Part shown: positions 10,352-35,116 of the stretch, one piece after another
How the letters are laid out: each line of letters begins with the position of its first letter
Numbering within the stretch: the first letter of the stretch is position 1
Assembly: GCA_002269645.1 (NCBI GenBank)
Contig: NIVC01000166.1
Location: 636,486-700,485, forward strand
Length of the DNA: 64,000 bases
Source: Macrostomum lignano
Taxonomy: Eukaryota
Direction: 5' to 3'
Program-made: the position numbers and the translations under genes
The notes under the pieces: generated by a model
Told to the model about the DNA's origin: nothing
The model's input: the letters and a program-made list of their open reading frames with translations, nothing else
Database searches by the model: none

Positions 10352-11611
10352 GATGGGTAGCGCCGAAGTTTTTAGCTGGCTTTCAATGCGATTTTAGCTA
10401 ATTATATAGAGCAAAGTTTGGCGTTTTTTTCAATGTAATGCATTAGTAAAAAACGGATGCTCTTCCCCAGTTATAGGTGTTCTTCAGATTCCTAAATGTG
10501 TGCAATTAGCCCTGCAATCTCTTGATAAAAAACAAAACGCATTTTATCCATTCTTTCTGTCTCTTTAGCCCCCGTGCCAGTTCCTGGAGTGAAATGGATG
10601 CTAATGGAAGCTGCAATACTTTTATTTCTGCTAACGACAGCTTAGGTTTAACCTGCTACCAATGCCTCAACTTCCCAGTGTAGGAAACTTTTAGCTGGGT
10701 GAAACCATGCCAACAATAGAGTTCCATCAGCAAAACATCTAGTTTTGCTAATGCATTCAAGCATAAAGAAAAGCTTTCTGAGTTAGCTAGTCTGTTTCTA
10801 TGAGATGACGTTTCTGTGGAGGTTTCTTCTTTCCTTTCGTCAATTTCCTGCTAACAGCTAGCTGCAAGGTGTGAATTGCGGACTTCAAAGCAACAAAACA
10901 ATAATTTCGATCTCATTAACAGTAATATATACGCGATAATATTAATCCATAATGAATGAAATAAAATAAATATATTTGAATTAAAAATACAACAGACATG
11001 ATCTTACACAATCTTATTCTACTCGTATTAATCGAAATTCTATAAACTTTGAAGCTAGGTTTTCGTAGAGTAGACACCTAAATATAAGTTATAAAGACAA
11101 ACTTGGTTAATACACATTAAACTGATAGATGAATATAATAATTAATGGCAATATTCATCATATGTACCTATATAAGTGTTTCACGCAGCAAATTACAAAT
11201 AAAACTGCGAACTGAAAGCTAAAAATGAGAAAAATTAAAATATTCACCTATTAGCAAAACTTAAAAAATACGCTTCGACCTAATCCAACATTTGTTATAC
11301 TCGTATGTTGCATAATATTTTTGTTGTCTTTTTTCTCATAAAAATGTTGTACTATAACCTGTAGCCATATTACGGAATTATAGCGCTATAAATCGTTGAA
11401 TAGAATTTCTAAGGAAAAGATATTAACAAAATTTAGCTGCAAAAAAGCGTAGCGATCGATGCCTAAGCGCTGATTTGAACAGCTAATTATATCGGTAGTT
11501 AGTCTGAATTCATTAAATGGCTGGTTTTCAGTTTCATCAAGTATAGCTAGTTGGTTCTGTAGTAGCTATGCGGTTGAATTTCGATCCTTTGTCACGCAAA
11601 ATTTGCGGCCT

Positions 11612-22852
<11,241 letters not shown>

Positions 22853-22984
22853 TTTCACTAATTTAGCGCAATTGTTCAGCTTTCAGGTCAGGTCAGGTCA
22901 AAATACGGCAGTCTAACAGTAAGGTAGCTTAGTGTAATGCAATGGATATAGTTATTAACAGTGAAAAAACTTGTAGAAACATGT

Positions 22985-23283
22985 CAGGTATGTAGAATCG
23001 TGTCATGTATGTAGATTTGTGTCATGTATGTAGAATCGTGTCATGTATGTAGAATCATGTCATGTATGTAGATTTGTGTCATGTATGTAGAATCACGTCA
23101 TGTATGTAGAATCACGTCATGTATGTAGAATCACGTCATGTATGTAGAATCTTGTCATGTATGTAGAATCATGTCATGTATGTAGAATCACGTCATGTAT
23201 GTAGAATCACGTCATGTATGTAGAATCATGTCATATACGAGAATCATGTCATGTATGTAGAATCGTGTCATGTATGTAGAATC
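22985..23283. repeat. 19-bp minisatellite ATGTATGTAGAATC(A/G)(C/T)GTC, about 15 copies
   Basis: Direct tandem units just upstream of the synapsin start codon. Confidence 0.95.
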
Positions 23284-23994
23284 ACTGGTAGTAAAGGGAT
23301 CTAGCACTAATTAGGGTGCCTCATCGTACCAATATTTAAGTTTGTAGTTTTTATTAATAAATTAGAAAATTCTAATCCTTCCTGGACTTCGGCAGTTCTT
23401 TCTCAGCTTAGCATGTATTTGGTTTGGGAGTTGGGCAAATGTTTGCAAAGATAGTTTCACTTGACCACGGTTAAGTAAAAAGTAAATAAAATAATTTTCT
23501 AATTATTATTCTCTTCAACAAACTGAGTTGCTAAAGTACGCCTCTTTTTGCGAAATGTATTGTACAAAATAAGTTTGCTGTTTAGAAAGCATTGCGACTA
23601 GTAGTACCTCTGGTTTTTTCGGCTTTTTTGCAATAAAAAATAACACTTCAATCACTCTATAAAACTAAATTTGTAAGCATATGCAGGATTTCACGCTGAG
23701 ACATGCTGCTAAGAGCATGTTGGTCCTTGATATACTCGTAGCAAGATAAAACATAGTGCCAGCAATTTTGCCCGAGATGAACTACGAGCTATAAGAAAAC
23801 CTATGGCTACTTTTATGTAGCCTTGAATTTCACGAATAAACTTACAAGTGGATGGATTTGGCATCTGAGCCATTGCAGTTCCGATCTACTCGTATCTTGG
23901 ATGCAAAACGATAAAACTTGCTGTAGCAGACTTCTTGTACAGAGCTGAGTATGAGTTCTCTATCAATGTGAACTGTTGCAAAAAAGCTGCTATA

Positions 23995-25712
23995 ATGCCT
24001 GATGCGGCGGAGGCTGCGGGATCCCATTTAGCCTCAGCTACATCATCGGTCCGTCCGCAGCCTCCCATGCCGCTTCCCAGAAGATCGCGCTTGAGTGGTA
24101 GGGATGGGAGTTGCGCGTTACTCAGCGTCGGCCACTATTGGTTCTCCCTTTGGTCTGGACTGTCCTCTCCCTATTTTTCAATCGCCCCTATAGTCCTCAG
24201 CATGTGGCAGCCTGCCTATATTTCCCGCACAAATTAAACCAGAAGGGTGCCACGCGTTTGTGTAGCAGAGTGGCGGTGGCCGGTCAGAGACGGTGGCTGC
24301 AGATTGCAAATTCAACTGATGACTCAAAGATGTTGAACGGGAATAATTGGCTCCTAATACAGAGTTCTTCTGTATTAGAGTCAGAGCTTTTCTGACAATG
24401 AGAAGCATGAAAGAAAGTTTAACTCACCTTTCTGTTAATTTTGACTCTGAAATTCAATTTTCGTAATGGTATAAAGTCGATCCGAGGCAGGCAGAGACCT
24501 TTCCGGGAGCTGAATTTCTAATCAGTCGAATAGCTCCGGCCCTTGCGCTAGTTTTCCCCAAACAGAAAGTCTCTTTTTAGACTTCCTGAGCCCCTCATTG
24601 CGCCGTCTTCTGCTCAATTTTATTGGTTCTTCAGGAAGAGACGGACGAGGAGGGATGAGGGCAGCAGTCAACCCCGCAAATTTTGGGCGTGAAGATAGAG
24701 GCACAGCAGAACAGGGAAAAGAATGAAGGGATAGAAAGGGTCCGGAGCACAGGCTCCGTTCAATCTGCATCCCCCAGCCACCCGGGCTGCAGTCTCAAAA
24801 GGCCCGATATACCAGCTGTACTCTGCTGTGCAAGCCAGGCGATACGGCGATGTCCAGAGACTGAAATCTATCCAGCCAGCCAGGCAGACTTCGCCTTCTC
24901 TTTCCCAGCGTCGCCTCCGCTGCCCTACGTAGGTTGCAGATAAATGGAGAATTCCCGTTTTGTAACCAGAAAAAAACTGGATAGACTGCGACAGTTTAGA
25001 AAAATATGTTTTGATAGATTAACAAAACTGGTTCGTTGTCAACTGTTGCTCTTTTTAACAAAATGTTGCTCTGCATAGCACTCGAGTAGTATAATAGTTG
25101 AACATGTGTTTTTGTACTTTTCAGCGCAGTGTGGGAGGGGAGTGGCATGAGGGGGTGTGTCGTTGAGATAACATGATGCGTGGTGATAACAGTATGAATA
25201 TTAACATTTCTGCACCAATCTCTGTGAAATATAATAAATATTGTAATTATGTATATACCACAGATTGCATTTGACAATTTTACCAATGGGCACTGGGCAA
25301 GAAAGCAACTTAGCTGGAGATCGGAACCTGATGCAAGAAAAAGTTGTCACGGTAATATTATCTGTACCAAAATATGCAATAGAAAAAAATAAAAAACAGA
25401 TTTCAAATTTCCAGTATACATCATATTGTCCACTTAAAAAGCACAATCAAATACTAACGTATCCTATGATGTTTTCACGATGCGGTTTCTTAACCAGAAG
25501 CATTAAAGACAAGAAGCAATATGACAACTGCTACATGAATTCTACAAGTGTATTTTGATTACTCACAGGCAGTGCAGGAGGTGCTGCCGCTAACACCCTA
25601 CCAGCAAGGACAGGCACGCACTCGGTGCTTTAACGACTGCCTGCTGGCTGACACCCGCTATCCGGACTCGTTCAAAAGCGCATTCTTTGACGCTGCTCAT
25701 GAGCCCTACTGA
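23995..25712 (+). CDS. Candidate small spliced gene of unknown product (possible exons 23995-24097, one ending at 24928, and 25569-25712)
   Basis: ATG-led segment MPDAAEAAGSHL... ending at gtaggg; a good donor TAC|gtaggt; acceptor tactcacag followed by 48 open codons. The frame of the middle exon is unresolved and no family was recognised. Confidence 0.3.
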
Positions 25713-26256
25713 CAGCGTATCCTGCTGATTCTGTTGCTGTTTCAGCTCCCCTAAAGTCAGTTTCATATTGAACTCTCTCTATCTTTGAGTTGAGCAGCTA
25801 GCTGAAATGTTATACTTCGCAAAATAGTTCTGATGCTTGAATCAGAAATGACTGTATGAAAAGTCTCATAGTCAGCAAAAATAAAATAGGTTAGGATTTG
25901 TAATCATACCAATAATATACGATTCTCAGTATTTCTGACAATTCTGCCTTTAAAAAACATTTTGATTTCTTACGCATCGAATGAAAGCACACGGGCTGGT
26001 CAACATCAGCACGTGATGTTTAACCAAAATTGTTAAAGCTTAAATTAGTTTAAGCTCCCACATGATTTTCTGACACCTGACGCTAGACAGCTCCCATTAG
26101 CAGGTCTTGAAAAAGACACATCGAAGCTTTAAAAAGAGCTGCTAAATCAAAGGATTGCTTTTTAGCAGACCTTACAACACATTGTAAACATTGATTAACG
26201 ACATGCTGTGCTCAGTACGACGCATGCAAGAGTCATTTATTCTTTGATTTTCTTCT

Positions 26257-28984
26257 TCAGACCAAGTCGTCCGTTATTTCTTGCAAGTTGTCGTATTGAC
26301 TTTGACAGCGGACCAGGTTGCTTCCGTTTACAGCGACATTGGGCTGGCTGTCCCCATTCTCCCGTGTGTTTACCTGAAGCTGCTCACGCGCTGGATCCTG
26401 GTCATGTTGATGTTGATGCTGCGACGGTTGAATAGCATTGGATAGTTCCAGCATGTTCGCGTGATATGTGGTGGCTGCCGGGACGTGCAGACTGACGTTT
26501 TCTTGTATCTAAAAATATTCCAGTTTAATTAATCAAATAAAAATTAATGTGCTCCCTCTTACAGGAGATCTGCGTGGGACTTTGACTGCCTTCTCTCTCT
26601 CAAAAGACTGTCTGGGTGCCGCTTTTCGCTCTATTTTCGTCCCGTAGACAATAAATTGTTGTTTAACGAAATATGAGCGTATGCTTTCGATAAATAATAA
26701 CCATTATTCGGTGTTAAAGCAACTTGGGATTTGAAAATTTGATGTCTTTCATCCCCAAGTGGCCTCTTTGCGAGCGTCCAGTATGTGCAGACGAATACTT
26801 GCATTGACCCTGTAACCATTTAGCAATCCAGTCAATTCCTAAGAGGGTCAGATGCACTTCTAGTTTAAGAGCTTTCAGGGTGTTTTCTGTTAAACAATAT
26901 AACATGACTGAAAGTTGACGCGCAGCTCTATTCAAGTCAAGTTCAATCAGACTAGGACTATTGATGGGCCAGAAGCAATGTCAGCGTTTGTTTTAATAAA
27001 CTGCTAGTCAATATGAATAAAATTTGTCAAAGGATTCATAATAAAATCAGACGTCCCAACCTTGTGATGCTCTCCCTCGTTATAGATGACGCAGTAGGCG
27101 TGCAGGAAGACAATTGCACAGATCAGGATTAGGGACAATCCGCCACCTGCAGTGCCGACGCCAATCGACATGGTGACGCTGAAATCAACAGCTCAAACTA
27201 CGAGTATGTTTGTCACTTTTATATGTTAGAAAGCGGCACTAAATGTGAGACTATCGGACTCACCTGGTAATACTTTCCTCATCAGTTCTGCAATTAAAAC
27301 TCTCCCCTGGGGTGCTACATCTAAAATTATTTCAATTCGTTTCAGACAATTGGGAGATGCAAATTTGATATGCTTTTCGTAGATTTTTATCAATTTTTAT
27401 CAATCGCTATTGTCAAATCGAACACCAAAAGCATCAAATCATACGACTGATGTACAACGTGAATGGTGTCCAAGCCGTGTGTGCACCAAAAACTATAGCC
27501 TCATTTCATGGCCCTGTGAGCGAGTCTCAACATCTCCAGCACTGTGAGTAGTATATGGAAGAAAATACGACTATAGTTTATGGATTGCACTTACAAGGAC
27601 ACCAGATACTTGTTAATCTGCAGCATGATAATCCCAACGAGAGTCAGTAAGATGCCAGTGAGAGCCAGAGCGCCGCACAGGAGCTGCGGCAGGAGCCACA
27701 GTTTCGAGTGCAGCTGATAGGTGTCACCCAGACGAAAGCCATGCAGGTAGGGCACCTTTTCGCAGCGGGACATTGGCGGTGGCGCGAGCGGTTGAAACTG
27801 CAGGCCGGTGGCTGCAACCGCTGCGGAAGCCAGACGATCTGCCAGCGTTACTCTCGGAGGCTCCTGACGTGGCCTTTCGGGCAGATGCACCGTGTGCATC
27901 TCAGGATTGTGCGGTACAACCTTTGGTTGAGTCAGCATTTCTAGGAGGCTGCGCTGCTGAGGCTGCTGATTGTGAGGCTGGTGATGCTGCCGCTGCAGTT
28001 GCGGCGGGTTCGGCGGCTTTTGTGGCGGCGGCAGAGACGGCAGGTCAGCGAGGCTCCTGCGAGCTACCGTGGCCGGCAGAGGCCGAAGCAGCACATTGGC
28101 GGAGCTACTCTGGACCATCTTTAAATTGGGTTTTCAGCAGGAATTTCATATCCCGTACAGTCGATTCAATGCGTCTAACGACTTGAACTTCCTCCTTAAA
28201 TAAAATTTTAGACCGTTTTATTCCCATCACCCGTATGATCTTGTTAGTGCGTAGGGGAAGCGGTGATAAAAGGAAGTTTATGGCCGTAAATAAGGATGTA
28301 ATATCGCATGATACTATTACTGTGGAAAGGAGAGGCGAGAGCTAGTAATTATGTAAAGTCCGAATAATTGGAACTTGACATCGCATACACTAGAAACAAG
28401 CGGAAAATTAAAGAAGAATCACTTTTGAATTACAAATGAGCCTACTAAGTCTTAACGCGTTATTTGAGGCTGATTCATAGCTCATAATGCTCCTATGAAA
28501 GTTTTTTTAGAAATGCTAGGTACCTGTCTCTATAGTGCATTTTAAGATGTATTTTAAGCGTCCTTCCACCTTAGCTATCTGTGATTTCCTACCAGCTCGT
28601 AAACCGGATAAACAATAAAACAGTACTGACCAGCAGCGGCCAGCAAGTCCTGCACTCCACCGCCGTCACTCGCATCTCATTGCTGTCGGCAACGAGCAAT
28701 CCGCTGTCCTCCAGCTCTTCGAACTCCACGTCCGCCACCTCCAGCGCAGGAGCCGAATGCAGAAACTCGGCCGCGCCCTCCTCCAACACAGTGGCCTCCT
28801 CAAGCATCGTCGCGGTGTTCAGCGGAAGCAGCGAGTCCAAATTGACTTCCACCAGATTGGCATCCGCCGCGGTCTCCTCCCAGCTGATGTCGGACGCGTC
28901 GGAGAAAGTCGATCCGGTGTCTTCGTCATCCTCGCTGTCTTGGACAATAATAGCTCGAAACTCGCGTCGCTTCTGGGGCTCCAT
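26257..28984 (-). CDS. Orphan two-transmembrane protein. Exons (28984-28631), 28118-27595, 27287-27264, 27178-27061, 26508-26257
   Basis: Two hydrophobic helices (LLCGALALTGILLTLVGIIML; IGVGTAGGGLSLILICAIVFLHAYCVIY). In-phase GT-AG junctions, including a 24-nt microexon. Linkage of the acidic first exon is inferred from a gtcagt donor and matching phase 0. Confidence 0.7.
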
Positions 28985-30294
28985 CGTTCAGGCGAGTCCA
29001 GCTGCTAAATTTTCCCCTGTGCTTCGATCCTGCAGGACAGACTGCGGTGTCTGCATTGATGCGCAGCGGGGGTGGGAGCCGAAGCCGTGGCGACTTGACT
29101 TGCGGAAAGCGAAGTGCGCCAGTCGCTTTAATTTCTAGCCATTTTGCCTCCCAACCCCTCGCCGGACAGGATCTGTTTTTTTCGCTAAGCTCCGGCCGCT
29201 GTTCTTAACCAAATGTCCTTTTTTCAGCGCTGCTGCATGCAAATCTTTGTAGCATGTATGGCCGGAGTGGCCAAAACTGACTGAGAGACAGAAGCGAAAC
29301 CGTTGGGGCAGAGAGACACTGCACCGTTGGAAGGAAGACGAGAGAGAGGCTAGTGATGAAGGAAGCTGCGTGGGGGCTGTCGGGCCCGTCACCCGGGCAT
29401 TGGCGCAAATGTTTTTTGCATTCTTGTCCAACTTACAGAAGCAAATGTAGAAATATGGAAAGCTGTAAGAGAAAAGTGGGAGTCCTGCTGGGATGCAGCC
29501 TGGGGCTTTGTCGGAATGAGGATTTTGACAATTGTCAGTCAGAATTTGGTCAGCCGTTTTGTACTGCATTGCGCCAGCCAATTCTAGGGGCGCCTGTACA
29601 AAAAGTTGGTAAATTTCCAAGCTTAAAATTGCTGGTTTGGGCGCCGTTTCTCTTTCCATTGAAGCTTCCTATATCGCATAAAGTAAAAAAATTGTACTGA
29701 AAAACAGGTTGAACAACCGCAACGGTGGAATTCGACATCATCCAGACGTTTAGTAAGCTTGTCAAAGCGGATCTACGACTATCTTGCATAGACCTTCTTC
29801 GATTGTGATTTGCGTTTTTAAAAGATTTTTTTAAGTAATCGCCTATACCGGTACTGCAATAAAGTAAAATAGGACAGAACAAGTCTAAACTTCATTTACC
29901 GTACAGTCAGATGAAGGCCGCACATTCATGCCTGCAGCAGCCAATTTATTCAGTGCATGGCATATAGGCAGACAGTAAGAATGCTGGGGTGAAGAGCGGG
30001 CTGCCACCACCCCCTCCTCAAGCTCATGCAGCTCAGCCACCATGCGCACAACTCCAGTCATTCAGCCCAATCTCTACCCCGTTTCTCTTGGTAACGAAAA
30101 TGAGTTGCTGGCTGTGCACTGCAGGCATACAGACAGGCAGAGAAGAGAATAAATTCGCGCTAATAACATTAGCTAGTGGGGTCCAGAATGAAAGCAGTTT
30201 TACTCTTGCAGAAATCCAACAAGTCATATTAATTTTCCAGCTCGCGCGGTTAGGTAATCAGACTTTGTTTTACCATCAATCGGAGAGGCCCATC

Positions 30295-32064
30295 ATGCAG
30301 TCTCTAACTCCGGCCCAAGTGTCCGAGTATCAGGAAGCGTTCAAGCTGTTCGACAAGAACAACGACGGCAAGATCACCCCGGCCGAGCTTGGGGTTGCCA
30401 TGCGCAATCTGGGACAGAATCCCACTGAGGCCGACATACAGGTGAGGCATGTGCTTTCGGTTGAACCTTATCTGCTCTAAAAACCTTACAATAACCACTC
30501 TGTACCCGTTTTACCTGCGTGTGTTTAAGTTTTTAGTGTAGTTTTAGTGTAATATCTTAGTATAGTTATAACTAAGCCCACCGAGTACTCTGTTCGAGGT
30601 ACATTATTGCTCAATTCATTTCATTGAGTATGAGAATATCTATGAGTCTTACAGCGTACTTGAAGACATTCTGGACATTTCTGTCTTGCGCCTTTGTAAG
30701 ACATCGCCGCCGATAGAAATTTAACGAAGAGGCGAAGATACGCTCGTAATTACGAGGTAAGCACGCGAACCGACGGCTAAAGGCCGCGACCGACAGAATC
30801 TTCTTCCCTGGTTGGGCGCCTGCTGCGCCAGCATCCCTTCCATCGCTTCATCAGATATCGCTTCGCTTCTTAAATGACGTATTGACTTCCGGCCTAACAG
30901 CCAGCAGGAGATTGCGACAATTCAACAGTTCTGTCGACGCACCCGTTGCCAATTTCAAGGTCTTGTGTTCACGTCAAACAAATATTGAAGGTTAATAGTT
31001 GGGAACCTGTGTAGTTTATAGCCTAACAAATGCACACTGTACTTGTACGAGGATTATCAAATTGCTTTTGCTAATTCGGCAACGTGCACAGCGTCAAAAA
31101 TGTATTGCAATTTGGCAGTTAGCCTAATATATGCTATATACTCATAGGCGTAGGAACGTTTCAAAAAGTAAGATTTTTTATATGGAAAATGCACATTATC
31201 ATGTATCCAGGCGCGTCGCCATGGATTTTATCGTGGGGGGGGACAAAGCCAAGAATTCTAAATTACATGTACACGGCGAAATTTCTACACATACATTATT
31301 TTCAGAATCGGTGTTGTCAGCACTCATTTTAGCGCCGCAGACACCATTTTAGCGCCGCAGGCACTCATTTTAGCCCCGCGGGCACTTATTTTAGCCCCAC
31401 AGGGACTCATTTTAGCGCCGCAGGCACTCATTTTAGCGCCGCAGGCACTCATTTTAGCGCCGCAGGCACTCATTATGGCGCGCTGCAGGCGCTATTTTTT
31501 TGTCGCTCTGCAGCAAAATGCATTCATGCAAAGCAGCAAAAATCAAAAATAGGCAAAAAGTCTACATTTTACATTTAAAATGTGGAGGGGCCAGATACCA
31601 TTACTGGCCCTTGCATTTTAAAAAGTGGGGGGCCATGGCCCCACTGTCAGTTCTGGGTCGTGTGACCACACAGCCTATCTAAGCAGCGGTTAGAAACCCA
31701 GAAAATTACCTTTATATATTGTTAAAACACTTTTTCGAACAAACTTCAATTTCAGAAAATGATTAGCGACGTCGATCACAAGAAAAAGGGCTACGTTGAA
31801 TTTGAAGAGTTCGTAGAAATGATGGAGAAGAAGAAGCGCGAAACCGACACGGAACAGGAGCTGAGAAAGGTGTTCAAAATCTTTGACAAGAACAATGACG
31901 GCAAAATCAGCTCCGAGGAGCTGCGCTACGTTATGAACAGCCTGGGCGAGAATCTGACGGAGAGCGACGTTAATGAGATGATCCGGCAAGCGGACAAAAA
32001 TCAGGATGGCTTTGTGGACTTTCAGGAGTTCAAACTGCTGATGGACACATTGGGTGGGATTTGA
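30295..32064 (+). CDS. Calmodulin-like EF-hand protein. Exons 30295-30441, 31756-32064; 151 aa
   Basis: [28 protein letters not shown]...[11 protein letters not shown]|KMISDVD...; four EF-hand positions. The intron sits at the calmodulin ELQ|DM position. Confidence 0.95.
31205..31648. mobile_element. MITE-like insertion containing a 21-bp tandem repeat GCAGGCACTCATTTTAGCGCC (31317-31480)
   Basis: About 7 tandem units; G-run and GGGGGCCATGGCCCC motifs at the flanks, as often seen in non-autonomous DNA elements. No TSD identified. Confidence 0.45.
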
Positions 32065-33687
32065 ATCGCTCTCAGAAGAGCATCTGACGGCTACAGATAG
32101 GCGATTATAAATTTTGTGCCTGAAGGCAAGAGCTGTTAAAAGTACATGTACAAAACTGCAGAAATAAGGCCACGGGAGCGGACATTCCAGTCACCCACAA
32201 TTTCTCTTTAGCACCCAGCAGTTCCATGATGGTAGTCAGTACGCTTTCCATGTTTTCCTTGTTGCAGTCCCAGACTCCCTGATCCCATCATGTGATGGGA
32301 CACATTTCCACACCCTCCCGTGGGATTCTCTGAGTTAAAACCAAGCTACCGCGGAAAGCTCTGTATTTGTTTACAGTTTTATCTGTCAACTGTCATCTGT
32401 GAATCTCGTTTTGCATAGTTAATTTGATTTATATTGGCAAAAACATTTTCTGTATCTTCTCTGTACCATTTAAACTAATGTGAGTAAATTTGTACTTTTC
32501 AGCTTTATAAAATCAGTTTGTAAAATTTGCGATGCAATCAATTTCATTCGTGGTGGGAAGAATTGCCTGTTTACTTGCATGGTCTTTTATTGTTAATAAT
32601 TGTATTTTTTTAAAATATTTTTTCTGCTTCTATCAACATTGTTGTGCCATATAAATAGAAATGATCTTATTCATGCAGTCAATATAACGTCAGTAGTTGC
32701 TTGTGGACAAAAGGTAAATTAAGAAATAGTGCTGTTTTTTTTATCTGTTTTAATTGTTGTGCAAGCAATTCAATCAGACACACTTACGACTTTAATTAGT
32801 AACATGCATCGGCGGTACGGGGGCCTCAGCCCAGCGATCCAGCGCGGCGCTCTGATGTACCAGCGGCCCAGGCTCGATTCAAAGTGCAGTCACATTGATT
32901 TAGGGCTAAATTGGAATCTCGGCTTGGCTCTGCTCGTGCATTTAACGCCCTTGAGGGCCAACCCCCAAGGCACAGGGAAGTTTACATGCTGAATGATAAA
33001 TAAAGTTAGGGCCGCCTGTGCGTTGTATGACTGCGTACGTATCCGCGCGCTTGTGTGCCTGCTCAGGGGAGTCGGCGGAATGGGCAGTAATGCCTCTCGC
33101 CGGTTGTGTGCCTATGTCGCTTAAAGTGCACCAGGGTGCACACAGCCCTCACAGCTGCCTCTGACAAAAACAATATGCATCTGCTTTGATTCTAATCCAT
33201 TTCGTATTTGAAGATGCGTACAGCTATCATTAAGCCCTCTATAATCAAGGTATTCATAAGTCTTGCTCACCATCTGCTCCGCAGTTTCTCGTCAAAACAC
33301 GAGCAGCAGATACGTTATTACAATTTTTGGAATTGGCGGATATTTCTACAGTTTTGAATTTCTAATTTTGAATGCCTGTAAGCTTAATTTGGCTGCTGAT
33401 GCTTGTTAAGATCAGCCGCCCAGTATAGCAGTTTAAGTTTTTTCTCACAACAATTTTTGGGTACAAACGCAGCAAACAAGCTAAGCTTGCGTCTGGCATA
33501 AAAGTGTTGCCAGCGGTTTTACTGCGCACTAGGAGTTTCGAAAACCGGGCACTGTGTTTTTTAGTAAAAAGCGAGTAACAACTTCTTTTTTAAGGCGGGC
33601 TGGTCCCGGTGATATTCTAGATTTCTAGTATAACTTACTTATAGTAGTATTTACTACAACATTTTTATTTGCGAATTTGTGTTTGAA

Positions 33688-33990
33688 GCCTTGTGGTCCG
33701 AGCGTCGGACTCACGACTGAAAGGTTTGAAGTCCGATTCTCGGCCCACTCGAAAATAATTGTGTCCTTGAGCAAGACACTCAACTCTGCATTGCTTCAGT
33801 TTACCCAGCTGATTTTATGGGTGCCAGCATTGTCCGGGGTAATTGAGGGTGTGTGTGTGGCGACCCCCAGTCCTTGGATTAAACAGCCGCACGCAGACTT
33901 CAGATTCGCCATGCAATAGCTGCGGCTGAGCTGTCGGTTGCACATCTGGCCCAATTGGGGCAGGTGTAATCAATTATTATTATTAGTAGT
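33688..33990 (+). mobile_element. tRNA-derived SINE, copy 3, with an (ATT)n tail
   Basis: Same head, core and tail as copies 1 and 2; ends GGTGTAATCAATTATTATTATT. Confidence 0.85.
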
Positions 33991-34256
33991 ATTTGCATCG
34001 CGGCATAGTCTTTTTGTCAGAGAAGCAGATCTACTATGCCAATACAATTCAATGATTTATTTATCGAGCAAGTACAAGTTCTCTTCATAGCTTTTGTGTA
34101 AGTTCAGGAAGCCAAATAAAGAAAATGCGATGCGCCAGTCAAGGCATCGGTTTTACAAGTACATCAATGTGTGCTCATAGTACGGAAAACTCAGCTTTTA
34201 AACTTTAAAATATGATTCCTATGATGGTGTACCGCAGTCTGAAAAATTGCCTCAGG

Positions 34257-35116
34257 TCAGCATTTCCTAATCTCCGCAGTCGCTCCTGATTTACAGCTAT
34301 CGCTCTTCATCTCTTTCGAGTTTACATCCACAGCCTCTTTTGCTGCCAGGCGTTTCACCTTGGCGCGCCGGTTCTGAAACCAGGTAGTGACCTGAGACCC
34401 GCTAAGGCCCAGCTGCTCAGCCACGGCGTCTCTGCGCTGCACGCTGAGGTACCGGTGCTGACGGAATTGACGCTCCAGGGCCGTCAGCTGCGTCGCTGTA
34501 AAAGTAGTCCGACTTTTGCGCCTCTGGCGCTGGCTGGTTGACTGATCCTGTGTCCCAGATGCAGCTGTCGTTGATGCTGACGCTCTGCCAGCTGCTACGG
34601 CTGCTCCAGATGATGCTGACGATGATAAGACTGCAGCGATTGAGACGGCTGTCTTCCAGGGTCCTGTGGAGCAATTAATTAATCTTCGTCTCACCACCAG
34701 CGCTGAGGCAACTCACACACACGCTCACACACAGTTGACAGCGGCCGGCCTGACTTTCTAATCGTCAGACATGTACACTCCCTTTTGCTTGGGGGTCATC
34801 CTTCTTGAAGTAAGTAAGTAAGTAAGTAAGTAAGCAAGTAAGCAAGTAAGTAAGTAAGTAAGTAAGCAAGTAAGTTACCCGAGCTCTGTCCGTCGCTGCT
34901 GAATCCTGTCAAAGTCTGGGCGGTGAGTCGAATCAATCGATCGAGCGGCGACTGGTCCTCTTTGAAGTTACCGCAGCCAGATCCTTGTTGCAGCTCCTCA
35001 TTTTCCGCGGACACAACTGGAACTTCGGTCACAAAATTTCTGTTTTCAATTTCTAATTTATTTGTTTCTAGATTGTCCTCAAGAGTTATAAGATCTTTGA
35101 TGAAAAAAGACTTCAT
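34257..35116 (-). CDS. Lbx: Ladybird-class homeobox gene. Exons 35116-34879, 34663-34257; 214 aa
   Basis: N-terminal eh1-like KSFFIKDLI; Lbx-type SPLDRLIRLTAQTLTGF motif; homeodomain RRKSRTTFT...QVTTWFQNRRAKVKR with Thr before WFQ; phase-1 intron. Confidence 0.85.
34808..34876. repeat. (TAAG)n microsatellite at the Lbx intron donor
   Basis: Direct reading. Confidence 0.95.

Noticed and set aside
26257-28118. Tetraspanin assignment for the membrane protein
   Set aside because: Only two helices are found, with no CCG motif or large extracellular loop.
29989-30294. 102-aa N-terminal extension of the calmodulin-like ORF
   Set aside because: It starts at GTG, has no recognisable features, and calmodulin similarity begins exactly at ATG 30295.
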